The notes under the pieces: generated by a model | Told to the model about the DNA's origin: nothing | What the model saw: only the letters and a program-made list of their open reading frames with translations | The model's database searches: none | Assembly: GCA_003345545.1 (NCBI GenBank) | Contig: PRDH01000029.1 | Span: 1 to 17,475 of the forward strand | DNA: 17,475 nucleotides | DNA from: Candidatus Thorarchaeota archaeon | GTDB lineage: Archaea; Asgardarchaeota; Thorarchaeia; Thorarchaeales; Thorarchaeaceae | Direction: 5' to 3' | Made by a program: the position numbers and the translations under genes | In this document: one piece after another, positions 1 to 8,979 of the stretch | Layout of the letters: each line of letters starts with the position of its first letter | How positions within the stretch are numbered: position 1 is the first letter of the stretch

Positions 1-734
1 TCTCTCCAGATCAACTCATCAAACGGATTGAAGGCCTGTCGAAAAGTGCTCTCTTGACCTATCAATTCGTTTAGGAACTCGTCATAGAATTCAGCCTCAG
101 CGCTCTTGTTATTTCCAAGAATTGATGTGAACTCCGTATCGTTCTCTTCATGTGACTCTTTCAAGAGATTGTACGCCTGAGAGCCAAGGGCGACCCTCCG
201 AAGTTTTTGTGTTCCGTCCACCTTCTCTGGGATTGCTGAGAAGGGTTTCTCAAGCATTGTGTACACTCGGGCAAGGTACTTTGACGCGCTACGATGTTTG
301 TTATCATGTTCGCTCTCTACGAATGGCCCACTTGCAGCAGCTGCCTGATGCAACCATGCTAGGACCTTTGCCATCCATACATCTGCTAGATTCTTTTGGT
401 TCTCTGCGGTGAGTTCCTCGACTGCAGTCTCGAGCTGTTGCTTCACTTCCCCCTCGGATTCTGCTACCCGGTTCCTCAGGTAGGCCATGTCGAAGTCTCC
501 CATCATGACCTGTTCACTGAATGCTGCCACACTATCATATAGCTCCGTGAATGCATCGTGCATGGCAATACGATCTTTCTCAAGGCCTTCCTTATCATCA
601 ATATCATGAAGAGCAAACTCCCTGACAGCATCCTGCGCCTTTAGGTTCAGTTCAAACAGCAAACTTGTGTAGACTGTAGCGTCTTCGACAGGTGTGCTAT
701 CTGTCTTCTCGGAGCCGGGTAGAACATTGGCCAA
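1..734 (-). CDS. Hypothetical acidic, alpha-helical protein; runs off the left edge of the window (at least 244 aa)
   Basis: Not in the ORF track. Manual translation from TTG at 734 gives an uninterrupted frame, MANVLPGSEKTDSTPVEDATVYTSLLFELNLKAQDAVREFALHD...FRQAFNPFDELIWR, to the window edge. GGAGG lies 8 nt upstream of the TTG. Confidence 0.8.
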   Translation of the reverse strand, partial: MANVLPGSEKTDSTPVEDATVYTSLLFELNLKAQDAVREFALHDIDDKEGLEKDRIAMHDAFTELYDSVAAFSEQVMMGDFDMAYLRNRVAESEGEVKQQLETAVEELTAENQKNLADVWMAKVLAWLHQAAAASGPFVESEHDNKHRSASKYLARVYTMLEKPFSAIPEKVDGTQKLRRVALGSQAYNLLKESHEENDTEFTSILGNNKSAEAEFYDEFLNELIGQESTFRQAFNPFDELIWR

Positions 735-928
735 TCATGGGTCCTCCTAGATGAGTCTTGCCCACGATTGGATAGCTTAGCACTTACTTAAGAGTACTTA
801 CGCCAAACGAAAGTAGCGCCTACTGTCTTCTATGTCGTATCTGGTGACTTACCATATGCAAGAGCAGGATCTTCCCTTTTGTGGGAGGGATTCTTAGCCT
901 GAAGCAGTCCTGAAACGACAGTCACAGA

Positions 929-1303
929 TCAGTCTTCAGCTGATCGGAATCGAATCATCCGACCATCTCTATACTTGACAATGTGGCCATCATCGGCCAG
1001 CATATTCAGTACCTCACTCGTGCGTGTCCTCGACTTTCCCCATCTCTTTGCGAGTTCTGTCGTCGTGAGACCACGCTCAGCATGGCTTAGTAGAGTGAGA
1101 AGTCTGTTCCAGCTCACATCGCCCTCGAGCGTGTTGGACCTATTGGTGAATATGTTGTACTGCCCGCCTTCATATGGTGAGGCGCCGGCACTCAACTCCA
1201 GCTGATTTGTGAGTTCAATGACTGTATTCTTGAGACTGTAGACGGTCTTCTTGAGTTCTCGAACCTCTTTCTCAAGCACCTCAAAATCGTGATTATTCGA
1301 CAT
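929..1303 (-). CDS. Winged helix-turn-helix DNA-binding protein with N-terminal coiled coil (putative transcription regulator)
   Basis: The N-terminus has heptads (LEKEVRELKKTVYSLKNTVIELTNQL). The C-terminus, LLTLLSHAERGLTTTELAKRWGKSRTRTSEVLNMLADDGHIVKYRDGRMIRF, fits the wHTH pattern. GAGGAGG lies upstream of the ATG. Confidence 0.8.
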   Translation of the reverse strand: MSNNHDFEVLEKEVRELKKTVYSLKNTVIELTNQLELSAGASPYEGGQYNIFTNRSNTLEGDVSWNRLLTLLSHAERGLTTTELAKRWGKSRTRTSEVLNMLADDGHIVKYRDGRMIRFRSAED

Positions 1304-1315
1304 TCCACACCCTCC

Positions 1316-1648
1316 TCACTTGATTTTCGCATGGTCCGCTTTAAACTCGATGTAGTTTCTCCGCTTCTTCTTCTTCTCGAAGATCTCTTTGACTTTCATG
1401 ACCTCAAAGTCAATCTCTTGACATGGTCGGTAGTTCCCCATCTCATCGAGGTCTGTACATTCTCTGGTGTCATCGCTCTCTAAAATATTCGACCCATTCT
1501 CGATATGACCCGCATCTCTTCGCTTTAGAGAGTAACCCTTGCGCGATGAATCTGTCAGGTCGTAATCACCATTGCGCGCGCGCAGGAGGTCTTCAATGAT
1601 GTCCTTGGTGTTCTTCATACACGGATCCCGCTTATGGCGATACGTCAT
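1316..1648 (-). CDS. Small charged hypothetical protein
   Basis: 110-aa ORF that fills the gap between trmI and the wHTH gene in the same orientation. Its stop overlaps the wHTH ribosome-binding site. The start may be the later Met (MKNTKD). Confidence 0.55.
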   Translation of the reverse strand: MTYRHKRDPCMKNTKDIIEDLLRARNGDYDLTDSSRKGYSLKRRDAGHIENGSNILESDDTRECTDLDEMGNYRPCQEIDFEVMKVKEIFEKKKKRRNYIEFKADHAKIK

Positions 1649-1704
1649 TACTATCCACAGCCGTCGACAATAATCGACAACAAGCTCTGATGGAATGACT
1701 GAAT

Positions 1705-2529
1705 TTAAGGCTTTGTTTCCTGCCGAAGTAACTCTGAAGACTTGTACTCTTCTTGCTCTATCATACTACGTGCAAATGTCATATACCCTGTATGTCCGAC
1801 CATCCAAGTGGTTGGTCGGGTCTTGTTCTCTCTCACCATGATCTCCCGTTCGAAGATTTCTAGTGTCTTGATCATGCCCCACTTTCCATCATGAGCCAAG
1901 GCAGTGCATGTCTTCATGACCTGTTCAATCGTAGGACTGTAGCTTGCTAAGTGATGGCTCGGCTTAAGCACCCTGTGTGCCTCATTGACGACTTCCCATG
2001 GTGTTGCTAAGTCCAGCACGACGGCATCGACGTCCTCCTCCTTGATGCCCTGAAGGATATCCTGATTGTACTGGGTGACATTCTCAGTCAGTCCGAACTT
2101 CTCCAGATTCTTCTTTGCTCCCTGGAACATGTCTTCTCGAATCTCATAGGTGTAGACATGACCTGTCGGACCCACAGCTCGTGCCAGCATACCGGTGAGT
2201 GCACCTGAGCCTGTGCCAGACTCGACCACGCGGGATCCTGCACCAATGCCAGCCTCAACAAAGATGATGCCTGCATCCTTTGGGTAGATGATCTGCGTGT
2301 TTCGGCCCATAGATATCTGAATATCAGTTGGGCTTGGTCTGTGGACCTGAAAGACGACTCCCGAGTGGCTCACAGTCCTAATGCCGTACGGCTTGCCAAT
2401 GATGTCGTCGTACTTGATGATCCCCTTATTTGAGTGGAAACTCTCTCCAGCTTGGACTTTGCGAATCCAATTCCGCTTAGCATCAAGGAATATGTAGACA
2501 AAACTTCCGCCTTGAATCAGGTCTTGCAT
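1705..2529 (-). CDS. trmI: tRNA (adenine-N1)-methyltransferase, TrmI/GCD14 family
   Basis: TQIIYPKD, SAM-binding ESGTGSGALT, YEIRED, DAVVLDLATPW, YSPTIEQV and GHTGY motifs. ATG 2529 (MQDLIQ) is preferred over 2601 on typical family length. Confidence 0.93.
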   Translation of the reverse strand: MQDLIQGGSFVYIFLDAKRNWIRKVQAGESFHSNKGIIKYDDIIGKPYGIRTVSHSGVVFQVHRPSPTDIQISMGRNTQIIYPKDAGIIFVEAGIGAGSRVVESGTGSGALTGMLARAVGPTGHVYTYEIREDMFQGAKKNLEKFGLTENVTQYNQDILQGIKEEDVDAVVLDLATPWEVVNEAHRVLKPSHHLASYSPTIEQVMKTCTALAHDGKWGMIKTLEIFEREIMVRENKTRPTTWMVGHTGYMTFARSMIEQEEYKSSELLRQETKP

Positions 2530-2800
2530 GATAGGTTCTCTATTCGGATTGCGTTTTGAGTCTTGCTGAAACTGCGAATTCCTGCTAGAGACCACAGGCA
2601 TTCAAGATTGCGCATTCGAGTTGAGTTGGTCATTCATGACTAGGACTCAAAGGGCGAATGGTTTTACTAGACAATTGTAGAAACCAGTGCGCTGCTGCAA
2701 ACACATTCTCATAGGAATCCGGATTCTTGGATTCCGGCCGCGAATCGCGCGTCAAGGCACTATCAAGCTAAGCTTTATCCGAGGTCAAGACAGAGTCGTC

Positions 2801-2808
2801 AGGAGGTG
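2801..2808 (+). promoter_or_regulatory. Shine-Dalgarno site AGGAGGTG for the HerA-like ATPase
   Basis: AGGAGGTG ends 5 nt before the TTG at 2814, which supports the non-ATG start. Confidence 0.7.
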
Positions 2809-2813
2809 CACAG

Positions 2814-5030
2814 TTGAACGAACCGGGAAATCAAGACACGCCAGAAGATGAGGATCCCGAGAGTCCGCGAGATTCAGATAGACCAATAGAGTTGCTCCCA
2901 AAGTCCCTATTGCCATACCATCCCCGCGTAGGTGACCCTCTCGACCTGCACGTCGACCTCAGCGTTGGAGTAGTCCTTGGGCGTTCGGAGTCATTCCATC
3001 GGAAGTACCACTCTGTAGGTCTGGGCATGGTGGGAGGTGTTACAGAGACCTCTGATGATGTTCTGACCTCACTCATGGGGATGCCCGTGAAACTTGACCT
3101 CATGAGCCCTCATGTCATGTTTGTTGCAGGAAAGAGGGGATCGGGAAAGAGCTATACGCTTGGAATCATTGCTGAGGAAATTGCCCTAGCCATGGAGCGC
3201 CGAGAGATTGAGGTTGCTGCAGTCGTAGTGGACACTGTGGATGTCTTTCGACAGATGGTTGATGCAAATGACGAGCAGGCAGATATTCTCAGGAAGTGGG
3301 GCTATGAGGCAAGGGGATTCCCGGTGAATGTCTACATACCCCGAAGGACATACGTAGGACTCCCTGAAGAGATAAAGAAGAAGGCTCGTCTCTTTCCATT
3401 GTCCATTGGGCCACGAGAGCTCTCCGTTTCAGACTGGGGATACGTACTGGAGAAGGGTGGTACACTCAGTACTGCTATGGAGAACTTGATAGCTGAAACC
3501 TTGGACGCTGTACGAAAGGGATACACCCTCGAGTCCGGAGAGCATATGCAGCTCAAGCGAGATTTCAGCATCACAGATTTGATCAACTGTATCGAGTCCA
3601 ATCCGACCATTGTCGAGTTCTACAAACCTGCTTCAAGGACTGCCATTATCCAGAGGCTACGGCGTGCTGATAGACTAGGAGTCTTCATTCCTGGCGGCAC
3701 AAGCGCTCAGGACTTAGCTGTCGCAGGGCAAATCACAGTCATTGATGTAGCGCCTCTCGGTTCGGATGCCGAGGCCGTGCTCGCAATTCTGACAAACATG
3801 CTGTGCCGTCAAGTCCTGACCTATCGTATGGCTTGGACCGATGAGGGTACGAGTGCGCGGGAAGAACTGCCACCCACCTGGTTAATCATTGATGAGGCCC
3901 ACACCCTTGTACCACGGTCAGGAGCTACCCCTGCCAAGGATGCGATTGTGAGCTATGCAAAGCTTGGACGAAGGTTTGGCTGTAGTCTTGTTCTTTGCAC
4001 ACAGCAACCATCAGCAGTGTCCGATGAAGCAATCTCACAAGCAGATATCATCATCTCTCACTCACTGTCCCATGATGATGACATTAGAGCTCTCCAACAT
4101 CGGGCTCCAGCTGTGATGCCAGATCAATTCCGCGATAAGGCGTTCATCAGCGGTCTTCCGCGAGGCGTTGCCCTGGTCTTCGACCAGACCACTGAGAACA
4201 GGAGGGGTTTCATCATGCAGGTCCGTCCGCGTCTCTCACAGCATGGAGGTACTGATCGACTATCAGGCCTCTTTGAAGCGGTCAAGCTCCTAATGCCAGA
4301 GGAGGCTTCTGAGGAAACAGCGCCAGCCGAAGAGCCCAAGGCGACTGAGCCAATTGAGGGATCAGCGGATGAGTACGAGGGTTCGGAAGAAGCATTTGCT
4401 GAGGAGTTGCCAGAAGTACCACGACCTCCGCTGAAGTTGAGCAAAGAGGACTGGCTGCTTCTCGATGAGTGGATGCGAGACTATGTCAAGACTCTCTTTG
4501 ACCACCAGAAGCAGGGCTTCTCCATTACCGATGAACCGTCGCCTCGCCTTGAGGAACCTGTCGTCGCAGAGGAAGTCATGCCTTTCGAAGTTGAAGTTGA
4601 AAGAATCAGGACTTCGGACTTTGACTCTTCAAGGGTACTCGTGAAAGCATTCGGTCCGGTTTCGAAGGAACTTCTCTCGAAGGCAATAACAAGGAAGGTT
4701 CTGTATAGTCCGGCATCGCATGGTTTTCTCTTCACTTCAGAACATGACATTCGGGATACTATTGTCGTGAACCGCGAAGACAGTGATGCGTCAGATCTCA
4801 TCAGCTTTGCTGCAAATGCAATAGATACAGCTGGCGCAGAGCTTGAGCAGATGATTCATGAAGATGGTTTCACTTTCGTCTGCTACCGACGAGAGGGCGT
4901 TCGCATAGTATTCTCTATTGCTAGCAGCCAGTCGTTATTGAGCTTACCAATTGTTGTCGTTGGTGTCAACCGAAAGTCAGTCATCTCCATTGCCGACAAG
5001 ATACGAGCTGTCCTTCGTGCTCCTAGCTGA
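2814..5030 (+). CDS. HerA/FtsK/VirB4-superfamily P-loop ATPase (DUF87-type) with acidic linker and extra C-terminal domain
   Basis: Walker A PHVMFVAGKRGSGKSYT, VVVD strand, Walker B WLIIDEAH, and the HerA-type LGRRFGCSLVLCTQQPS (Arg-finger region and TQ motif). An E/P-rich linker spans about aa 495-545. Confidence 0.88.
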   Translation: MNEPGNQDTPEDEDPESPRDSDRPIELLPKSLLPYHPRVGDPLDLHVDLSVGVVLGRSESFHRKYHSVGLGMVGGVTETSDDVLTSLMGMPVKLDLMSPHVMFVAGKRGSGKSYTLGIIAEEIALAMERREIEVAAVVVDTVDVFRQMVDANDEQADILRKWGYEARGFPVNVYIPRRTYVGLPEEIKKKARLFPLSIGPRELSVSDWGYVLEKGGTLSTAMENLIAETLDAVRKGYTLESGEHMQLKRDFSITDLINCIESNPTIVEFYKPASRTAIIQRLRRADRLGVFIPGGTSAQDLAVAGQITVIDVAPLGSDAEAVLAILTNMLCRQVLTYRMAWTDEGTSAREELPPTWLIIDEAHTLVPRSGATPAKDAIVSYAKLGRRFGCSLVLCTQQPSAVSDEAISQADIIISHSLSHDDDIRALQHRAPAVMPDQFRDKAFISGLPRGVALVFDQTTENRRGFIMQVRPRLSQHGGTDRLSGLFEAVKLLMPEEASEETAPAEEPKATEPIEGSADEYEGSEEAFAEELPEVPRPPLKLSKEDWLLLDEWMRDYVKTLFDHQKQGFSITDEPSPRLEEPVVAEEVMPFEVEVERIRTSDFDSSRVLVKAFGPVSKELLSKAITRKVLYSPASHGFLFTSEHDIRDTIVVNREDSDASDLISFAANAIDTAGAELEQMIHEDGFTFVCYRREGVRIVFSIASSQSLLSLPIVVVGVNRKSVISIADKIRAVLRAPS

Positions 5031-5103
5031 ATGAGCGGTGTTGCATATCACAATGCTTGCTCTTATAAGGAAAGGAACGAAATGCGATTTGGTGCGCGAG
5101 AGA

Positions 5104-5463
5104 ATGAGCAATGACGATATTCGACCCCCAGTAAACATGAAGATAGCTTCTATGATTGACCTGGTAAGAATGCTTGTTTCTTGGTCGCAGAGAGAACGAC
5201 CTGCGAGTATGCTGTATTTTGAGCACAAGGGAAAGCACATCTATGGGACCCTGATCTCCAATCATGGATACTATGAGATGTATGGACTGCCTCTCTGGGT
5301 TCATGCAGAGGGTGACGGACCTCCGAAGGGCAACTTCATTGCCTATAAGGGCAGACCAAAAGAAACCATCGAGTTTGTTGACACGTTTGCCGAGTCCGAG
5401 CCGATGACTGTCTTTCTCCCCATCATTAGGCTCACGAAGAAACTCGATATAATTGATATGTAG
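5104..5463 (+). CDS. Conserved archaeal hypothetical protein resembling crenarchaeal 'cren protein' family members
   Basis: The pattern S-x-x-DLVR...GKHIYG...H-x-YY-x-x-YGLP...LPIIRL resembles small conserved TACK proteins (recalled, not searched). ATG 5104 has GGTG upstream and is preferred over 5038. Confidence 0.65.
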   Translation: MSNDDIRPPVNMKIASMIDLVRMLVSWSQRERPASMLYFEHKGKHIYGTLISNHGYYEMYGLPLWVHAEGDGPPKGNFIAYKGRPKETIEFVDTFAESEPMTVFLPIIRLTKKLDIIDM

Positions 5464-5501
5464 TCGGTATTCAGGCACTTCAGCGGAAGTACTCTATGAT
5501 C

Positions 5502-6542
5502 TTAGTAGAGCTCCCTTGAGGAGGCTCTGAGGTAGCTTACGATTGCAAGCGCCGCATAGACAATGAATGCCAACAGGATTATCGAGGTCTTTAGGAAGAA
5601 GTCAGTTCTATTGAAGAGTTCAACTGCGAGAAACAGCCCTATAACAATAATGTTAGTCGCTCCGCCCATCGTGCTGTCTCTCTTGACCCTGAGAACTACT
5701 TTAACTAGGACCATAATGGATACTATTCCAAGAGAAATCCAGTTGATATAGTTCTGAAAGAGGACTGAGAGGTCCAGAAAAGGGATGACTCCAAGAGGTG
5801 TTGGGATCGGGGGCAGATAAATCACTAGGAATATGGAGAAGAGGATGAGTTCTCCCAGTCTTATCCAAATTGTCGGCGTTTTCGTGTACACTTCCCCATA
5901 GAGCCCTTTATCATACTCCTGAGCACCATAGTAGATGAAATATACAGGGGCACCAAAGCTGAGGGCATTGACAAGGCACTGCGCAACGCCATATGTGACA
6001 TCTAACCAGAAATCAGTCCATGTCTGGAGAATCGTGTTCCATACTACCATATAACCAGGAATGAACACAAACATCACGAATGCTGGAAATATGATGAGCG
6101 CCAGTGCCACGATGATGCCGAGAAAGGCAGCCGGCTTGCCCCCTCCTAGCTTACCAAGGCCAACAAGACGAAACACATGCACGGCAACAGCGAGTCCTTC
6201 TACAATCGCGATAACAGGTGTTGCCATGGGCAGTACGAACAGCATCAGGACAAAGAGAGCATTTGCTCCATAGAACATTCTCCATCTGAGAGGAACTGCG
6301 GTGATGGTCTCATCCATGATATGGGCAGTATTCGCTAGTCTGTACCGCTGGTAATAGATGGTGCCCACCCAGGGTAAAGAGAAGACGATAGGTGCTGCAA
6401 GATAGTGAAAAAGCAGATTAAAGAACGGATCAGCAAAGGGCATCATCTGCGGGATGAACAGCATCAGCAAGAAGAAATAGATAGGCCCGGCTATAGCCAA
6501 TAATACAACGGTCAGTCTTGACATCAACCAATCCGGACTCAA
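5502..6542 (-). CDS. Polytopic integral membrane protein of unknown function (roughly 8-10 TM segments)
   Basis: 346-aa ORF with many 18-25 aa hydrophobic stretches. TTG start with a TATA-like element about 36 nt upstream. Confidence 0.8.
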   Translation of the reverse strand: MSPDWLMSRLTVVLLAIAGPIYFFLLMLFIPQMMPFADPFFNLLFHYLAAPIVFSLPWVGTIYYQRYRLANTAHIMDETITAVPLRWRMFYGANALFVLMLFVLPMATPVIAIVEGLAVAVHVFRLVGLGKLGGGKPAAFLGIIVALALIIFPAFVMFVFIPGYMVVWNTILQTWTDFWLDVTYGVAQCLVNALSFGAPVYFIYYGAQEYDKGLYGEVYTKTPTIWIRLGELILFSIFLVIYLPPIPTPLGVIPFLDLSVLFQNYINWISLGIVSIMVLVKVVLRVKRDSTMGGATNIIVIGLFLAVELFNRTDFFLKTSIILLAFIVYAALAIVSYLRASSRELY

Positions 6543-6577
6543 TCTTCCTTCTCCGTTCTTTCAAATGGCAGAGTCTG

Positions 6578-6590
6578 ATATAAGTTTGCG
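6578..6590 (-). promoter_or_regulatory. Putative BRE/TATA promoter (CGCAAACTTATAT) of the membrane protein gene
   Basis: The minus strand reads cgcaaacTTATATcag 36-48 nt upstream of the start at 6542. Confidence 0.5.
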
Positions 6591-6700
6591 TTGCTGGTAC
6601 ATGCAGAATCCAGCGAACGAGAATTTATTTGGATGCACCTCATAGGAATTGGCAACACCCTGAAGTAATGAGCATTCATTGGGATATAGGAGTGAACCAT

Positions 6701-7486
6701 GTGTACAAGCGAAAGCTCACAGCCACAAGTTTCGTGAAGAAGAGCAAATTGATTATCGGTCTGGATCTGGTCGCGAACATGACAGGCAAAGATGCTGCTG
6801 GCATAAAGGCTGAGAAGGACCGATTAGAAAAGGAGGCACTGCGTCTTGTCTCACAGACTGCAGAACATGCAGCTGCATTCAAGATAAACAGGCAGCTAGT
6901 CCTACCTCTTGGAGTCTATGAAGGTATTCCACGATTGGTCGATAAGATTCATGCTGAGGGCTTGACAGCGATCATAGACTGCAAACTAAATGATGTCGAG
7001 AACACAAACAGGGTGATTACGAAGTACTATTTTGATGCTGGGTTCGATGCGATTATTGTCAGTCCTTTCATAGGGATGGAGGGCGGTCTCGACAGCGTGT
7101 TTGAGGCGGCGACCAATCGAAAACGAGGCGTCATCACTCTCTGCTACATGTCACATCCAGGTGCGAAAGATGGTTTTGGTCTGACCGTGGCTGCTGATGA
7201 GAAATCACGAAAACCTGAACCCCTCTATCTGCGCTTTGCACGTCAAGCCCGGCTCTGGGATGTAGACGGTGTCATTGTGGGCGCCACTTTTCCTGAGAAG
7301 ATTCAGGAAATCAAGGCAGTGCTCGGTGACGAGATACCTATCATGTGCCCGGGAGTCGGTGCTCAAGGCGGCAGTGCCCGTGATGCAATTGAAGCAGGTG
7401 CGAACTTTGTCATTGCAGCACGATCCATCGTCGAGGCTCCTGACCCGGCAGCTGCTGCAGCTGCTCTAGCCGCCGAAACTCGTTAG
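6701..7486 (+). CDS. pyrF: Orotidine-5'-phosphate decarboxylase
   Basis: LIIGLD, catalytic DxKxxD motif DCKLNDVENT, MSHPG, PGVGAQGG and ARSI. GTG at 6701 follows GGAGTG and is preferred over TTG 6629. Confidence 0.92.
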   Translation: MYKRKLTATSFVKKSKLIIGLDLVANMTGKDAAGIKAEKDRLEKEALRLVSQTAEHAAAFKINRQLVLPLGVYEGIPRLVDKIHAEGLTAIIDCKLNDVENTNRVITKYYFDAGFDAIIVSPFIGMEGGLDSVFEAATNRKRGVITLCYMSHPGAKDGFGLTVAADEKSRKPEPLYLRFARQARLWDVDGVIVGATFPEKIQEIKAVLGDEIPIMCPGVGAQGGSARDAIEAGANFVIAARSIVEAPDPAAAAAALAAETR

Positions 7487-7674
7487 TCCGTCTCATGATT
7501 CAGGTCTAGCGTAAATGTATAGATTGGACGACCACTTCCGTACATCACGGTTCGGAAGAGAGCGTTTCGAAAGCTGCTACCTTAGAAACTGTTAAAGGAT
7601 GACACTCTCTATTCGTGTACAGAAGTGTTCATGCTTCTCTGCAGTATCGTGGTAAATTTTCTTGGTGAGAACCA

Positions 7675-8946
7675 ATGGCAAATGACAATAGCTACGGTTT
7701 TGCTACTTGGACTTCTTTTATTGAGGAGTCTCAAATACGTGCACTTCTCAAATACAAGGTCAAGTACTATTTTGCAGGCGGAAAGCCCGGCATAATCCCT
7801 ACTGATACTTTCGCTGACATCATGGCTGAACTGAGTGTTAGGTATAAGAAAGACCCGATGATGGCTCTGGATGACCTGAACTACGGTCCAACGGGCGGCG
7901 CACCATGGTTCCTCAAGACGCTGGCCAAGCGAATGTGCAAGGTCCGTAAGATACCTATTGATTGCGAAACCCAATGGGAAGATGTATCCATTACGAACGG
8001 GTCGCAGCAGGCGCTCTACGCCCTGTTGGACACATTGATTGATCCTGGCGATGTCATTATCACGCCCGCTCCCGCATACCTCGGATTTCTCGTTCCTGCT
8101 GTGAAACTTGGTGCAAGAGTGATCACTGTGCCCACCGACAACAAGGGGATTATTCCGGAGTTTGTCGAACGAGCTATTCACCTCTCGAAGATCAAATTTG
8201 GCAAGAATCCTGACTTGCTCTATGTTGTTGCTGACAGCGACAATCCAAAGGGAACTACCCTGCCCATGAATAGACGTAGAGCTCTGTTCGATATCTGTGA
8301 GAACCATAACATCCTCCTTCTTGAGGACGCAGCGTATGCTGAGATTCAGTTCAAAGACACTCCCAAGGCCATCAAGACCCTCGACAAGGATAACTCTCGA
8401 GTCGCTTACCTTGGCACCAGTAGTAAGGAGGCAGCTGTCTTGAGAGTTGGATATTCAATACTACCCGATAATGTCAGAGAGCAGGTTCTCAAGGATAAAG
8501 GATACCTTGACCTATGTACTACAACACTTGTCCAACGCATCCTTGACGAGTACTATAACAAACACATCGATGATGCCATGAGAGTTGCCATTCCATTGTA
8601 TAAGAAGAGGTGTGAGGCAATGGCAAAGGCAATTGACGAGTCATTTCCAGCCGGGACGCGTAGTGACCCGACCGGAGGTTTCTTCATCTGGTGGCAGAGT
8701 GATAAATCTGATTTCGATTCAAGTAAGTTCATGGAAGATGTGGCGATTCCCAATGACCTGCTCTATGTGCCTGGAGGCCCCTTCTATCCTATCACCGGAC
8801 ATAAACTTACAGCTGACAGTAATGACTTGGAGCCAAGCGTACCAGAAGGCAATACTATGCGCCTGGGCTTCTCATATGCTCCTCCTGACGTCATCTATGA
8901 GGGGATTTCCCGACTCGGAAAGCTATTGTCAAAGGAGCTGGGCTAG
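7675..8946 (+). CDS. PLP-dependent aminotransferase, class I/II (2-aminoadipate/aromatic aminotransferase-like)
   Basis: FAGGKP, LNYGPTGG, ITNGSQQAL, NPKGTT, EDAAY, PLP-lysine motif GTSSKEAAVLRVGY, GGFFIW and MRLGFS. Confidence 0.92.
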   Translation: MANDNSYGFATWTSFIEESQIRALLKYKVKYYFAGGKPGIIPTDTFADIMAELSVRYKKDPMMALDDLNYGPTGGAPWFLKTLAKRMCKVRKIPIDCETQWEDVSITNGSQQALYALLDTLIDPGDVIITPAPAYLGFLVPAVKLGARVITVPTDNKGIIPEFVERAIHLSKIKFGKNPDLLYVVADSDNPKGTTLPMNRRRALFDICENHNILLLEDAAYAEIQFKDTPKAIKTLDKDNSRVAYLGTSSKEAAVLRVGYSILPDNVREQVLKDKGYLDLCTTTLVQRILDEYYNKHIDDAMRVAIPLYKKRCEAMAKAIDESFPAGTRSDPTGGFFIWWQSDKSDFDSSKFMEDVAIPNDLLYVPGGPFYPITGHKLTADSNDLEPSVPEGNTMRLGFSYAPPDVIYEGISRLGKLLSKELG

Positions 8947-8979
8947 AACCATATCAGACGCTCATCTGTCTGTGTCCAA

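Noticed and set aside
152-412. 86-aa + strand ORF
   Set aside because: Antisense to the longer open minus-strand frame (734 to the edge), which has a good SD.
2814-5463. HerA-based anti-phage system (e.g. Sir2-HerA)
   Set aside because: No Sir2, nuclease or other effector motif in the neighbours, and the context is housekeeping rather than a defence island.
5023-5478. 151-aa - strand ORF
   Set aside because: Overlaps the + strand gene 5104-5463, which looks like a conserved archaeal protein.
7448-7475. GCA/GCT triplet run (poly-Ala) at the end of pyrF
   Set aside because: Encodes the normal terminal helix (DPAAAA...) of OMP decarboxylases; not a repeat element.
7609-8307. 232-aa - strand ORF
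   Set aside because: Antisense to the well-supported aminotransferase.
7675-8946. Aminotransferase as part of the bacillithiol pathway
   Set aside because: It is convergent with bshC rather than co-transcribed, and the known pathway needs no transaminase. Nothing beyond adjacency supports a link.
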